Positions 1 to 12,923 of a DNA stretch of 64,000 bases are shown here, one piece after another. The translations under genes were made by a program, and so were the position numbers. Below the pieces are notes generated by a model. It did not search any database and was not told the DNA's origin. It saw only the letters and a program-made list of their open reading frames with translations. The DNA lies in assembly GCF_054482595.1 (NCBI RefSeq), contig NZ_CM137008.1. One strand, written 5' to 3'. Within the stretch, counting starts at the first letter, position 1, and each line of letters begins with the position of its first letter.

Positions 1-27
1 AAAACCTCATCTTTTAATATCAGTTAA

Positions 28-297
28 TTATTCAGCTTCACCGAAGCGGTCGCGAAATAAGTCGGTGAGAGTCTGTATGGCCTCGTTTTCATCATCACCG
101 TCGCAGCGTATTTCCACCGTTTTTCCGCCTTTTATTCCGGCGCGCATAATATTCATCATGCTGGTGGCATTAATATCATTACCCTCATAGTGCAGCGTCA
201 CTTTACAGCTATATTTTTTGGCGGCTTTCGCCAGACAGGCCGCCGGACGTGCATGCAGGCCAGTACTGTTTCTGACCTCCACGGTTTTATTCAACAT
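28..297 (-). CDS. HPr-like PTS phosphocarrier protein (89 aa)
   Basis: ORF with the HPr phospho-His signature GLHARPA near residue 15; ATG at 297 preceded by GGGAGG; overlaps the stop of the upstream kinase gene by 11 nt, so co-transcribed. Confidence 0.8.
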   Translation of the reverse strand: MLNKTVEVRNSTGLHARPAACLAKAAKKYSCKVTLHYEGNDINATSMMNIMRAGIKGGKTVEIRCDGDDENEAIQTLTDLFRDRFGEAE

Positions 298-1795
298 AGT
301 GTTCCTCCCGATGATGTAATGGCATCACGCCTTCTTGTTGTAATTTCAACTGATACCAGCTTTTCCATTTGTGCTGATAACGCTGTAATTGATGGTATCT
401 CGCCCGATTCGGTAACAAACGTTGGGCTATAGCGACTGGCGGCGGTGGAATATCCGGTGCGGCGGTTAATAATGCTCCGACAGAAACCGCCTCGTTAAAT
501 GCAATTGCTTCAACCGGACGCTGTAAAATATCCGCCTTTAATTGCAGCCAAAGAGGATTATGGGTTGCCGGACCGATCACTTTTAACGCGCTGGTGCCAG
601 GCACGTTAAAACAGGCGAAGCAGTTGGCAAATTCCATGGTTAATCCCAGTGATACGCTGGCAATTAACATGTCGATACTTAACGTATCGCCAAGCCCATA
701 AAATAATCCACGGGTATGGCGATTTTTATAGGGCGAACCCGAACCGCGAAGATGTGGAATAAAGACGGGAATGTCATCGAGCAACCAATTCCCCGCCAGA
801 TAATCAGCATGTCCGCGAGTAAGTGATGCGGCGATCTCCTCATCGGTTAGCCGGAACGTGTTGCGCAGCCACTCCAGCGCGAAACCGCCCACGGGCAGCG
901 ACGCAAACAGGGTGAACTGGTTGGCAAGTGAGTAACAGCCGTTTGCCAGCTTGTCACGTTTAGCCTGTTCATCCAGCGTCGGTTGTGTATCCAGTTGCAG
1001 AATGCCTTCCGTGGTCCCCGTCGAGTTAAGGATATCGCCTGGCATCATCTGCAACGCTCGCGCACCCACCATATGGTCATGTCCGGCCAGCGTCACGCTG
1101 ACCGGTTGCGAGAACCCAAGCGTCTTGCAAAGTGACTCGCTGACCCATCCGGCGTGCTCGCCTGGCTGCACCAATGGCGCAAATGCCGTACAGGGAACGT
1201 GTAACAACGCCGCCGCTTTCGCTGACCATTCGCCTTTGCGCACGTCCAGACACAGCGTGCGGCTGGCTAAGGTGATATCCGTGCGCTGTTCGCCAGTCAG
1301 CCGCCAGAGCAGCACTTCCGGCGCATGTAGCCAGCGCAAGCTGCGGCGATTACGCAGCGGGTAATGTTCCAGCAACCAGCGCATTTTGAAGGCAGAGTAA
1401 TTACTGTGTAGTGGTAGACCGCAGATGTCATAAAGTGCCGCACTGTCTGCCTCGCTAAGCGTTGCCAGATACTCTTCACCGCGACGGTCATACCATGCCA
1501 GCATTGGCGTCAGGATCTCGCCATGCTCGTCAAGGAACACGCCTGATTCGCCAAAACTGGCAATGCTGATCCGTCTGACTGGCAGCGGCGAAGCGGCGTT
1601 CAGTTGCGCTATCGCCTGGCGGACCTCCTGCCAGAGGGCGTCGATATCGAAATCGACATCGCCCTGTGGGGAGATCTGCTTTGCCGTCACGAATTTATGC
1701 GCGCCCAACGTCGTTGCGTCCAGGCAGGAAAAGCAGGTGACTTTGCAATTGGTGGTGCCAATATCGATAACGATAGCTGCGCTGTTATCAGGCAT
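287..1795 (-). CDS. FGGY-family carbohydrate kinase (xylulokinase/ribulokinase-like, 502 aa)
   Basis: N-terminal IDIGTTNCK motif typical of FGGY kinases; length typical of the family; start overlaps the stop of the upstream IIC gene. Confidence 0.8.
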   Translation of the reverse strand: MPDNSAAIVIDIGTTNCKVTCFSCLDATTLGAHKFVTAKQISPQGDVDFDIDALWQEVRQAIAQLNAASPLPVRRISIASFGESGVFLDEHGEILTPMLAWYDRRGEEYLATLSEADSAALYDICGLPLHSNYSAFKMRWLLEHYPLRNRRSLRWLHAPEVLLWRLTGEQRTDITLASRTLCLDVRKGEWSAKAAALLHVPCTAFAPLVQPGEHAGWVSESLCKTLGFSQPVSVTLAGHDHMVGARALQMMPGDILNSTGTTEGILQLDTQPTLDEQAKRDKLANGCYSLANQFTLFASLPVGGFALEWLRNTFRLTDEEIAASLTRGHADYLAGNWLLDDIPVFIPHLRGSGSPYKNRHTRGLFYGLGDTLSIDMLIASVSLGLTMEFANCFACFNVPGTSALKVIGPATHNPLWLQLKADILQRPVEAIAFNEAVSVGALLTAAPDIPPPPVAIAQRLLPNRARYHQLQRYQHKWKSWYQLKLQQEGVMPLHHREEHYVE

Positions 1796-3146
1796 AAACC
1801 GTGCTCCGCGTCATTCGGAAAATGCCATACAGTACCAGGGCGATAACCGGCACCAGACCAATGGCGATGATATTGCCGTTGAAGATTTCCAGCAGCCAGA
1901 AGCGGAACGGGTTACCGCCATCAAGGAAACTGGAAACCTGGCCGCTGGAGCCTTCGGCAAATTTGAAGTTAACGTCTTTCGCCATGCCGGTAATAAACGG
2001 TGCGATTTTAGTCGCAATCCACAGGTCGGCAATAATCACCGGGATCGCCGCCAGAACGGTGCGGAAAATATTGCCACGGCTGGCTAAAGCAATCATCGAC
2101 GCCATTACCGCCAGGTTGGCAAGGTCGCCAAGTGGCAGGACTTCATTACCTGGGAGGACAAACGCGATAAAGACCGAGATTGGCGTTAGCAGCAGGGCGG
2201 TGGAGATAATCGCCGGGTTACCTACGGCAACGGCGATATCCAGTCCGATATAGAGATCGTCACGGTCAGGGTATTTGGCATTGAGATACTTTTTAATAGC
2301 TTCAGACAGCGGTAATAAACCTTCCATCAGGATGCGTACCATGCGTGGCAGGATGAACATCACACCGCCAATGCTGATGCCAAGCAGCAATACTTTTTTG
2401 AAATCGTATCCGGCAATTACGCCGAGCAGAATGCCCAGAATGGTGCCAACCATCATCGGTTCACCGAAGATGCCAAACTTTTTCTGTACGGTTTCCGGGT
2501 CGATATGAATACGATTGAGGCCAGGGATATGGTCGATGATTTTGTCGACCAGCAGACCGACCGGGAAGAACACCACCGAAGAGAGCGTCGGCAATGAGAT
2601 CCCTTCCAGGCCAAAGTATTTTTGTACCAGTGGCGCAGACCAATCGGCGAGTTTAAGTACTACCACCGCAGCAATCGCCGCCGCCAGCAAACCAAAAAAC
2701 AGGCTGCCGGTGCTGTAATAAACCAGCGTACCAGCAAGGGCAAAATGCCAGTAGTTCCACATATCTACGTCAACGGTGCGGGTTTTATTTAACGCCAGCA
2801 TCGCCACGTTAATCAGAATGGTCAGGGGAATAACAAACGGGGCAATTGGCGAACCCCATGTAATAGCGGAAAGCGGCGGCCAGCCTAAATCTACCACCGG
2901 TAAATTAATTCCGGTGCGTTCAACCATCGCCTGGGCCGCTGGCCCGACATTGCTGGTCAGAATATCGAAAATGGCATAAATACCGACAAAACCAATGCCG
3001 ACTGTTAATGACGAACGTAAGGCTTTAGCGGGTTTTACTTTAAAACAGAGAGCAAGAATAAATAACACCAACGGCAACATTACCGTCGGGCCAAATCCCA
3101 ATATATATTGCACAATATTATAGAGGGTATGCGCGATATCGTTCAT
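1788..3146 (-). CDS. PTS EIIC component, galactitol (Gat) family
   Basis: Polytopic membrane protein with GatC-like sequence (LGFGPTVMLP, GEPMMVG, NLFRT); chosen start is ATG at 3146 (MNDIAH) with AAGAGG 7 nt upstream; the ORF track begins 30 nt further upstream. Confidence 0.8.
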   Translation of the reverse strand: MNDIAHTLYNIVQYILGFGPTVMLPLVLFILALCFKVKPAKALRSSLTVGIGFVGIYAIFDILTSNVGPAAQAMVERTGINLPVVDLGWPPLSAITWGSPIAPFVIPLTILINVAMLALNKTRTVDVDMWNYWHFALAGTLVYYSTGSLFFGLLAAAIAAVVVLKLADWSAPLVQKYFGLEGISLPTLSSVVFFPVGLLVDKIIDHIPGLNRIHIDPETVQKKFGIFGEPMMVGTILGILLGVIAGYDFKKVLLLGISIGGVMFILPRMVRILMEGLLPLSEAIKKYLNAKYPDRDDLYIGLDIAVAVGNPAIISTALLLTPISVFIAFVLPGNEVLPLGDLANLAVMASMIALASRGNIFRTVLAAIPVIIADLWIATKIAPFITGMAKDVNFKFAEGSSGQVSSFLDGGNPFRFWLLEIFNGNIIAIGLVPVIALVLYGIFRMTRSTVYA

Positions 3147-3222
3147 AATAAACCTCTTTTTCAGGCGAGAGCGCACCTCGCGTTAGCGCCTGATGGAGTG
3201 GGTTGAAATTAATTATTATTAA

Positions 3223-3504
3223 TTACTTTTTAAGGATCGAAACAATTTGCGCCAGTACTTTCTCTTCGCCAATACCGGTAATAATAGGCAAGCCGTTAAC
3301 CACCGGGACGTCGAGTTCATAAGGCACTTTAGTCGTTGAGACTACCAGTGCTACGCCGTCAGTATTTCCAGGTAAAGAGGCAACGTTGGTTTGGGAATAA
3401 TTGACGTTAAGACCTTGCTCTTTGCAATATTCCATGACTTTTTCTGTTACCGCCGTGGATGTGGCAATACCCGTGGCGCAGACAAATAAAATGGTTTGAC
3501 TCAT
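3223..3504 (-). CDS. PTS EIIB component, galactitol-type (93 aa)
   Basis: Small protein with N-terminal active-site Cys context ILFVCATGIATS typical of GatB-like IIB domains; 4-nt overlap with the IIA gene stop. Confidence 0.75.
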   Translation of the reverse strand: MSQTILFVCATGIATSTAVTEKVMEYCKEQGLNVNYSQTNVASLPGNTDGVALVVSTTKVPYELDVPVVNGLPIITGIGEEKVLAQIVSILKK

Positions 3505-3974
3505 ATTTCACCTCGTTCTTTCATTTTGTTTAAGATTACTGTGTGTATTTCTGTTGTTTCCATCGTAAGCAGGGCTTGCATAAAGGGCGTATCCTGAATC
3601 ATTTCCATAATCCAGCCCAGGGCATTTAATTGTTTGTTACTTTCGCTTAAGGCGAGCAAAAAAATCACCCTGACAGGTACGGGGTCAGGATCGCCGCCCA
3701 TATCGGCAAACTCTACCGGTTCCGGCAGGATGCCGACGGCAATTGCATTGTGCCTGACATGTTTATGGTCCGTGTGTGGAATAGCGACGCACGGTGGTTC
3801 GGTAGGCAGCCCCGTTGGGTACGTCGCCTCACGTTTCAGTACGTGATCGGCAAAGTCAGGGACCACCAGCTCGGCGGCAACCAACGGTTGCGCTAACTGA
3901 CGGATGATCTGTTCAACGCTTAACCCTGCCGGAAGTCGTTGAATATAATTTTCCTGAAACTGTATGCCTTGCAT
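3501..3974 (-). CDS. PTS EIIA component (type-2, mannitol/fructose-like, 157 aa)
   Basis: Size and His-containing core (AIPHTDH) consistent with the EIIA-2 family; first gene after the regulator. Confidence 0.7.
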   Translation of the reverse strand: MQGIQFQENYIQRLPAGLSVEQIIRQLAQPLVAAELVVPDFADHVLKREATYPTGLPTEPPCVAIPHTDHKHVRHNAIAVGILPEPVEFADMGGDPDPVPVRVIFLLALSESNKQLNALGWIMEMIQDTPFMQALLTMETTEIHTVILNKMKERGEI

Positions 3975-3998
3975 TTTATTCCTCTTAAAAAAGTGTAC

Positions 3999-4745
3999 TT
4001 AACTCACTTCCCGCCGTTGCAGCACGGTGCCAAGATAATATTTATTTCCTTTTAACCAGACGTTGCCAAACTCAACGGGTAATCCTCGGGAGAAAAAGAC
4101 TAACTGCTCCAGATGCAAAACGGGTGCATCTTCACTGATATCTAAAAAATGACCGCGTTCATTACCAATTAATCGCGCGGCATAGCGACTTTCCGAGTAA
4201 CGAATTTTTCTTTGCGACAAACTTTCTATTGTTGGAAATAAATTGTGTTGATTAAAATCGATTTCCGCGATGCCGGGGCATAGCTCAATATTGATACGGT
4301 TCTCTATCAGCATCGCTTTTTCATCACCAATCGAACGTAAACGTTCAAGGTAAAGAATATCCTGACCGGGCGTTATTCTTAATTTCTCTGCTACATAACG
4401 ATTAGCCGGTTCAATCCGTGACGTAATAACTTCAGTGGTAAAATGTATTTTCTGGCTTTCCAGCGATTCCGCGAATGACAATAATCCTTCACCTAACGGA
4501 TAGGCCACGTTCTCTTTTTTGACAAATGTTCCCTTGCCCTGGACCTGAATCAACACGCCTTCTTTTACCAGTTGGGCGACCGCTTTTTTAACGGTTCCCC
4601 GACTGACTTCCAGCATATCCATAATCTGGTATTCCGAAGGGATGCGATCGTCTTCCACCAGATCTCCGGTATAAATACTTTCTCTTATCCACTCCACCAC
4701 TTGTTGATAGAGCGGTATTTGTGACGACTTACTTAATGATTTCAT
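3999..4745 (-). CDS. GntR/HutC-family transcriptional regulator
   Basis: N-terminal winged-HTH (IPSEYQIMDMLEVSRGTVKKAVAQLVKEG) plus C-terminal effector-binding region; start chosen at ATG 4745 (MKSLSK) with AGGTG upstream rather than the GTG at 4754. Confidence 0.75.
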   Translation of the reverse strand: MKSLSKSSQIPLYQQVVEWIRESIYTGDLVEDDRIPSEYQIMDMLEVSRGTVKKAVAQLVKEGVLIQVQGKGTFVKKENVAYPLGEGLLSFAESLESQKIHFTTEVITSRIEPANRYVAEKLRITPGQDILYLERLRSIGDEKAMLIENRINIELCPGIAEIDFNQHNLFPTIESLSQRKIRYSESRYAARLIGNERGHFLDISEDAPVLHLEQLVFFSRGLPVEFGNVWLKGNKYYLGTVLQRREVS

Positions 4746-4768
4746 GGCGCGCACCTGAACATTTACAG

Positions 4769-4792
4769 TTGTCTATGGACAATCATGGACAA
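4769..4792. promoter_or_regulatory. Candidate operator: palindrome TTGTCTATGGACAA overlapping two ATGGACAA direct repeats
   Basis: Seen directly 25-45 bp upstream of the GntR-family regulator start; GT-N-AC palindromes are the usual HutC/GntR operator form; function inferred. Confidence 0.35.
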
Positions 4793-4943
4793 CTTCAAGC
4801 GTATAGTAGGTGAACAGGCGAAAAAGAGGATCGAAGCGTCTCACATTTTGAGGGACCAAATCGTGATCAAAAAAATGTGATGGAAGTCGAAGTTTGGCAG
4901 GAATTTACTGCGCCGTGAGGAAATAACGGCGCGTTGGGAGGTG

Positions 4944-7747
<2,804 letters not shown>

Positions 7748-7751
<4 letters not shown>

Positions 7752-8692
7752 GCGTGCGCTCCTTCATGACGACGAATGCGCGGGTCCAGCGCGGCGTTGA
7801 GCAAATCGACAATCAAATTACAGACCACAAAAACCACCACCATCATCAGCGTAAAGCACTGGATCACCGGATAGTCACGGTTAAAAATCGCCGACACCGC
7901 ATAGCGCCCGACGCCCGGCCAGGCAAAGATGTTTTCGATAATCATCGTCCCGCCAATCAGTTCGCCGATGTGCATCCCCACGGCGGTGATCATCGGCAGC
8001 GAGGCATTGCGCAGGATGTGGCGACGTTCGGTCTGTTTGTCATTCAGGCCGCGTAGCCGCGCCCAGGTGACGTGACGCTGACCGGCTACGTCCAGCATAC
8101 TGGCGCGCAGCAGCCGCGCGTTAATCGCCAGCGACATAAAGGCAATGGAAACCGCAGGCAAAATGATGTGCTGCCAGCCGCCGTAACCCATCGCGGGTAG
8201 CCATTGCAGATACACCGAAAACGCCATCACCAGTAAAAACGCCAGCCAGAAGTTAGGCATCGACACGCCAAGAAACGCGATGAAACGTACGGCGAAATCC
8301 GGCAGACGGTCACGATGGCGCGCCGCCCAGATACCGAGCGGTACGGAAGTGAGCAGAATTAATACCAGCGCCGCACCCGCCAGTTCCAGCGTAGCAGGCA
8401 GGAAGTTCAGCATATCGTCCAGCACCGGGCGCTGCGTGGCAAATGAGATGCCGAAATCAAGATGCAGCGCCTTCCACAACCAGGTGCCGTACTGCACATA
8501 CAGCGGCTGATCCAGTCCGAGCATGGTGCGGGTAGAGGCCAGCATCTCTGGCGTCGGCGGCAGGTTAGACAGACGCAAATAATCGAGCGCCGGGTCGCCG
8601 GTACCGAGGCGCAGCATCAGAAAAATGATCACCGAGGCGGCGAGCACCATGGGGATCAGCAGCAGAAAGCGGCGTAATACGTAACGCAACAT
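7748..8692 (-). CDS. nikB: Nickel ABC transporter permease NikB
   Basis: Polytopic permease; overlapping start/stop with nikC and nikA. Confidence 0.95.
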
Positions 8693-10266
8693 TAAGGTTT
8701 CACCGGTTTAATCTGTTCGAACGGAATTTCGGTGGCGATCGGCGCGTAGGGGATGTTACCCAGCTCCGGTTTTGATACCACCATCATTGAGATGTAACTG
8801 ATAGGCAGATAAACCGCCTCGTCATGCAGACGGGTCAGAATGTCGCGATACAGCGCCTGACGTTGCGTTTCGTCATGGGTCGCCAGCACTTCGCCGATCT
8901 CTTTATCAATCAGCGGTTTGTCGGCTAATCCTTGCTGTGCCTGGAAGTCAGCGTGTGACGGTACGCGCATTGAACTGAGGAAGGCGTGTGGATCGTATGG
9001 CGCGCCCCAGGTGCGGTGGAAAATCATGCCAAAACGACCGTCGCGCTGACGAGCATAGATACTGCTCTCTTCTTCGCCAATCAGCGAGACATCTGCGCCA
9101 ATCTGGCGCATATCAGCCTGAATGATTTCCGCCATCGATTTGCTTAACGCATCGGTGCCGATGAACGACAGTTCAATGCGCAGCGGCTGACCATTTTTCT
9201 CGCGGATGTCTTTGCCCGCAGGCAGCGTCCAACCGGCTTTTTCCAGCAACGCTTTCGCTTTCTGCGGATCGTACTGGCGCGGTTTCAGGCCGAGGTTGGC
9301 GTAGGGCACAGAAGGGGCAAACAGGGTGTCGGCGACCTGCTGGGTGCCATACAACGCGTTATCAATCAGCGATTTTTTGTTTACCGCGTAATTAAGAGCT
9401 TCACGTACTGCCAGCTCATTGGTGGGGGCTTTGGCGGTATTGAGCGCCAGCATCACGGTTTCGATCGGCTGTGACAGTTGGGTGTGGTAAGCCGGGTTCT
9501 GGCTAAAGCGGGCGAAGGTATCGAGCGGTAATAACCCTTCGTTTCCGTACAGCAGGTCGATATCGCCAGTTTCAAACGCCACCGCGCGGGTAGTCGGGTC
9601 CGGGATCACGTTAAAAGTGATCTTCTTAATCGCCGGCTTTTCGCCCCAGTAGTTTTCGTTACGGACGAAGACATCGTACTGATTCAGTTTCGATTCCTGC
9701 AAAACCCACGGCCCGGTGCCAATCGGCGCTTTAATCCCGTTCATGGTTTCATGGTTTTTAAACTGCGAGGGGGCGATAAAGCGGAAAGGGCGCGGCAGGG
9801 CCAGTTCTTGCAGGAAAGGATAGTAGGCGCTTTTCAGGGTGATTTGCAGCTCTGTTTTACTGAGTGCTTTGACATCAACAATCTGGTTTGCCAGCTCCAG
9901 CCAGGCGTGACGTTGACGGTTATCGAGCACTGCGCGGAAGTTTTCTGCCGCTGCCTCTGCATCAAACGGTTCGCCGTTGGAGAATTTCACGTCATCACGC
10001 AGGGTGAAGGTCCAGGTTTTACCATCTTCTGAATGAGTCCAGCTTTTTGCCAGCCACGGGATCACCGAACCGTCTGCCTGATATTTCACCAATGGTTCAT
10101 AAACCATGCTCTGGGCGAACATCTGGTTAGGCGTGTAAAGGTGCGGGTTTAGTGGCCCGACATTCACCGGCCAGGCGGTGGTGATTTCATCTGGTGCAGC
10201 GGCATGGACGATAAAAGACGCACAAGCCAGCAGCGCAAATAGAGTGCGGCGGAGTGTGGAGAGCAT
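8692..10266 (-). CDS. nikA: Periplasmic nickel-binding protein NikA
   Basis: 524-aa family-5 solute-binding protein with signal peptide; first gene of the nik operon. Confidence 0.95.
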   Translation of the reverse strand: MLSTLRRTLFALLACASFIVHAAAPDEITTAWPVNVGPLNPHLYTPNQMFAQSMVYEPLVKYQADGSVIPWLAKSWTHSEDGKTWTFTLRDDVKFSNGEPFDAEAAAENFRAVLDNRQRHAWLELANQIVDVKALSKTELQITLKSAYYPFLQELALPRPFRFIAPSQFKNHETMNGIKAPIGTGPWVLQESKLNQYDVFVRNENYWGEKPAIKKITFNVIPDPTTRAVAFETGDIDLLYGNEGLLPLDTFARFSQNPAYHTQLSQPIETVMLALNTAKAPTNELAVREALNYAVNKKSLIDNALYGTQQVADTLFAPSVPYANLGLKPRQYDPQKAKALLEKAGWTLPAGKDIREKNGQPLRIELSFIGTDALSKSMAEIIQADMRQIGADVSLIGEEESSIYARQRDGRFGMIFHRTWGAPYDPHAFLSSMRVPSHADFQAQQGLADKPLIDKEIGEVLATHDETQRQALYRDILTRLHDEAVYLPISYISMMVVSKPELGNIPYAPIATEIPFEQIKPVKP

Positions 10267-10303
10267 GGTAACCCCAATGGATTAAAATAGATGGCGGAAA
10301 TAA

Positions 10304-10331
10304 GTATGACGATTTTAAGTATTCGTCATAC
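10304..10331. promoter_or_regulatory. NikR operator (GTATGA-N16-TCATAC) in the nikA promoter
   Basis: Exact dyad GTATGA (10304-10309) and TCATAC (10326-10331) with 16-bp spacer, 38 bp upstream of the nikA ATG; matches the established NikR operator. Confidence 0.85.
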
Positions 10332-10376
10332 TGATTACCTGTTCTGGATCAATAGATGGGCAGTCGGGTGGGCGGA

Positions 10377-10964
10377 TCAGTTAACTGAATCGATCCATTG
10401 CACACTGTCGGCGGTGAGCGTAAAGGGGGTGGGGGTGCAGATCGCAAGGCTTAAATTTTCTAGCTGACAATGGCTGACTGACAGCGAGGAGTGATAGGTG
10501 CTATCTACGCTGACGATTTGCCAGGCGCTGCCGCCACGCTGTTTAACGATGGCTTCTTTGCGCGTCCAGATGCGCCAGAACATTTCCAGTTGCTGATCAG
10601 GATGCACGGCGTCCATCTCAGCGTGTTCCCCGAGGCTGAATACGGCGTTCGCCAGCCAGCGCCAGTTGGCGCGCGGGCGAATCACTTCGATATCGCAGCC
10701 GACTTCGCCTTCATCACTCAACAGCAGAGCGATATCGTCACCGCTATGGCTTAAGTTGAACCATAGCGGCGTTTCCGGCGCGAATGCAGGTTTGCCTTGT
10801 TCGCCATAGATGATCTCCGGTAGCGGGGAAAGCGTGTGCGAAAGCAATGCACGCCCCGCCAGCCAGCGTTCGCGTCGTGGACCTTGCGGTGCTTGCTCGC
10901 GTAAACCCGGTGGCAGTGGAGCTGCGCTTAAGGTCGAAACTTTCCCCAGAACTATCCGATACAT
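10377..10964 (-). CDS. acpT: 4'-phosphopantetheinyl transferase AcpT
   Basis: 195-aa PPTase; start taken as ATG 10964 (MYRIVLGK), 1 nt after the stop of the upstream ketosynthase gene, so it is the last gene of the APE operon; the ORF track begins 120 nt further upstream. Confidence 0.9.
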   Translation of the reverse strand: MYRIVLGKVSTLSAAPLPPGLREQAPQGPRRERWLAGRALLSHTLSPLPEIIYGEQGKPAFAPETPLWFNLSHSGDDIALLLSDEGEVGCDIEVIRPRANWRWLANAVFSLGEHAEMDAVHPDQQLEMFWRIWTRKEAIVKQRGGSAWQIVSVDSTYHSSLSVSHCQLENLSLAICTPTPFTLTADSVQWIDSVN

Positions 10965-10965
10965 A

Positions 10966-12195
10966 TCAGGGCCAACGTTTAATGATGATGGATGTATTAA
11001 TGCCGCCAAAGGCAAAGTTGTTACTCTGCAAAAACTCACAATCAACCTTGCGGGCTTCATGCATGATGTAATCCAGCGCGCCACAATTCGGGTCTGGTTT
11101 ATTCAGGTTTAGCGTAGGCGCAAACCAACCTTCGCGCATCATTTGCAGACTCATCCAGGCTTCGAGCGCGCCACAGGCACCAAGCGTATGACCAAAATAA
11201 CTTTTCAGCGAGGAGAGCGGCACATTATCACCGTAAATGGTTGCTGTCGCCAGACTTTCTGCCATATCACCGCGATCGGTCGCCGTACCATGCGCTGAAA
11301 TATAGCCGATATCTTGTGCGCTTAACCCGGCGATTTTCAGCGATTGCTCCATACAATACTGCATGGTTTCGCGCTGCGGCTGGGTAATATGTGCCGCGTC
11401 GCAGTTAGTCGCAAAGCCGACGATTTCACCGTAAATGGTCGCGCCGCGCGCTTTGGCGTGCTCCAGTTCTTCGAGAATGAGCGTACCTGCGCCTTCACCA
11501 ATCACCAGCCCGTCGCGGTTTTCATCGAACGGTGAAGGTGTGGTTTTCGGCGCATCATTGTGCTGGCTGGTGGCGAAAAGCGTATCAAATACCGCTGCTT
11601 CTGAAGGACATAACTCTTCGGCACCACCAGCAACCATCACCGTTTGATAACCGTGGCGAATGGCTTCCCACGCATAACCGATTGCCTGGCTGCCGGAAGT
11701 ACAGGCGCTGGAGGTTGGGATCACCCGCCCGCGCAGGCCGAAAAAGAGGCCAGTATTAACGGCGGTGGTGTGCGGCATCATCTGCACATAGGTGGTGCCA
11801 GTGATGTTATTGGTGTGCTTTTCCGTCAGCATGGTGGCGAACTCGCTTACCGGGCCGGTACTGCCGGTCGATGAACCGTACGCAATGCCCGTTTCGCCGC
11901 TGGTTAATATCGGATCGCCAATCAACCCTGCCTGCTCTAACGCCAGCTCGCTGGCACGGGTCGACATTTGCGACACGCGGCCCATCGCACGGATACGCTT
12001 GCGGGTGTAGTGCTCCGGTAGCGTGAAATCATCAACAGGCGCGCCAAGCAGGGTGTGCAGCCCGTCGTAGACCTGCCACTCCGGCATTTTGCGCACCGCA
12101 TTTTCATACGCCAGTAAGCGTGCAGAAACGTCCTGCCAGTTTTCACCAAAGGCAGTCACGCCACCCATTCCTGTAATCACTACGCGACGTGTCAT
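10966..12195 (-). CDS. apeR: Beta-ketoacyl-ACP synthase (APE cluster KS)
   Basis: 409-aa KAS I/II-like protein with active-site Cys context (PTSSACTSGS) and the His pair; the ape letter is assigned by position in the 18-gene order as I recall it. Confidence 0.85.
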   Translation of the reverse strand: MTRRVVITGMGGVTAFGENWQDVSARLLAYENAVRKMPEWQVYDGLHTLLGAPVDDFTLPEHYTRKRIRAMGRVSQMSTRASELALEQAGLIGDPILTSGETGIAYGSSTGSTGPVSEFATMLTEKHTNNITGTTYVQMMPHTTAVNTGLFFGLRGRVIPTSSACTSGSQAIGYAWEAIRHGYQTVMVAGGAEELCPSEAAVFDTLFATSQHNDAPKTTPSPFDENRDGLVIGEGAGTLILEELEHAKARGATIYGEIVGFATNCDAAHITQPQRETMQYCMEQSLKIAGLSAQDIGYISAHGTATDRGDMAESLATATIYGDNVPLSSLKSYFGHTLGACGALEAWMSLQMMREGWFAPTLNLNKPDPNCGALDYIMHEARKVDCEFLQSNNFAFGGINTSIIIKRWP

Positions 12196-12923
12196 AACAT
12201 CCCTCCGTTGATGGAAATAACCTGGCGGGTGACGTAACCCGCAATATCAGACATTAAATAACTGGCAAGCCCGGCAACTTCTTCCGCCTGGCCCATACGT
12301 TTCATGGGGATCATCGACATTGCCTCTTTCAGAGCGCTCTCTTCCATTTCGATCATCCCGGTATCAATAAGCCCTGGCGCGATGCAATTGACGGTGATTT
12401 TGCGCTTTGCGAGTTCGATAGCCAGCGCTTTTGTTGCGCCGATAATTCCGGCTTTGGCAGCGCTGTAATTCACCTGGCCGCGATTGCCCATTACGCCGGA
12501 AACCGAGGACAGCGTGATGATGCGCCCACCCTGGCGCGCGCCGATCATTGGCATAATGCACGGCTGAATGACGTTGTAGAAACTGTCGAGATTGGTGTGG
12601 ATCACCGCATCCCAGTCGTCATCGCTTAAAGCCGGAAAAGCGGCATCGCGGGCGATCCCGGCGTTACTGACCACGCCGTACCAGGCACCGTGTTGCGCGA
12701 TCTCATGCTCCAGCACTTCCCGACACTGTTCGCGGTTTGCGACGTCGAAACTGAGCAAACGCCCGTTACCCCCGTTGGCGACAATGGCATTCAGCGTTTC
12801 CTGAGCGCCTGTGGCGTCACGGTGATAGTGAACGCCAATGTTAAAGCCGTCTGCCGCCAGTTGGCAGGCGATGGCGCGACCAATGCCTTTGCTGGCACCA
12901 GTAACCAGAACTGAACGACTCAT
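12192..12923 (-). CDS. apeQ: 3-oxoacyl-ACP reductase (SDR family, FabG-like)
   Basis: Rossmann motif TGASKGIGRA and SDR catalytic YSAAK; 4-nt overlap with the neighbouring gene. Confidence 0.85.
   Translation of the reverse strand: MSRSVLVTGASKGIGRAIACQLAADGFNIGVHYHRDATGAQETLNAIVANGGNGRLLSFDVANREQCREVLEHEIAQHGAWYGVVSNAGIARDAAFPALSDDDWDAVIHTNLDSFYNVIQPCIMPMIGARQGGRIITLSSVSGVMGNRGQVNYSAAKAGIIGATKALAIELAKRKITVNCIAPGLIDTGMIEMEESALKEAMSMIPMKRMGQAEEVAGLASYLMSDIAGYVTRQVISINGGML

Noticed and set aside
10340-10376. Possible FNR box in the nikA promoter upstream of the NikR operator
   Set aside because: nikA is known to be anaerobically induced, but I could not find a convincing TTGAT-N4-ATCAA match by eye, so no coordinate is claimed
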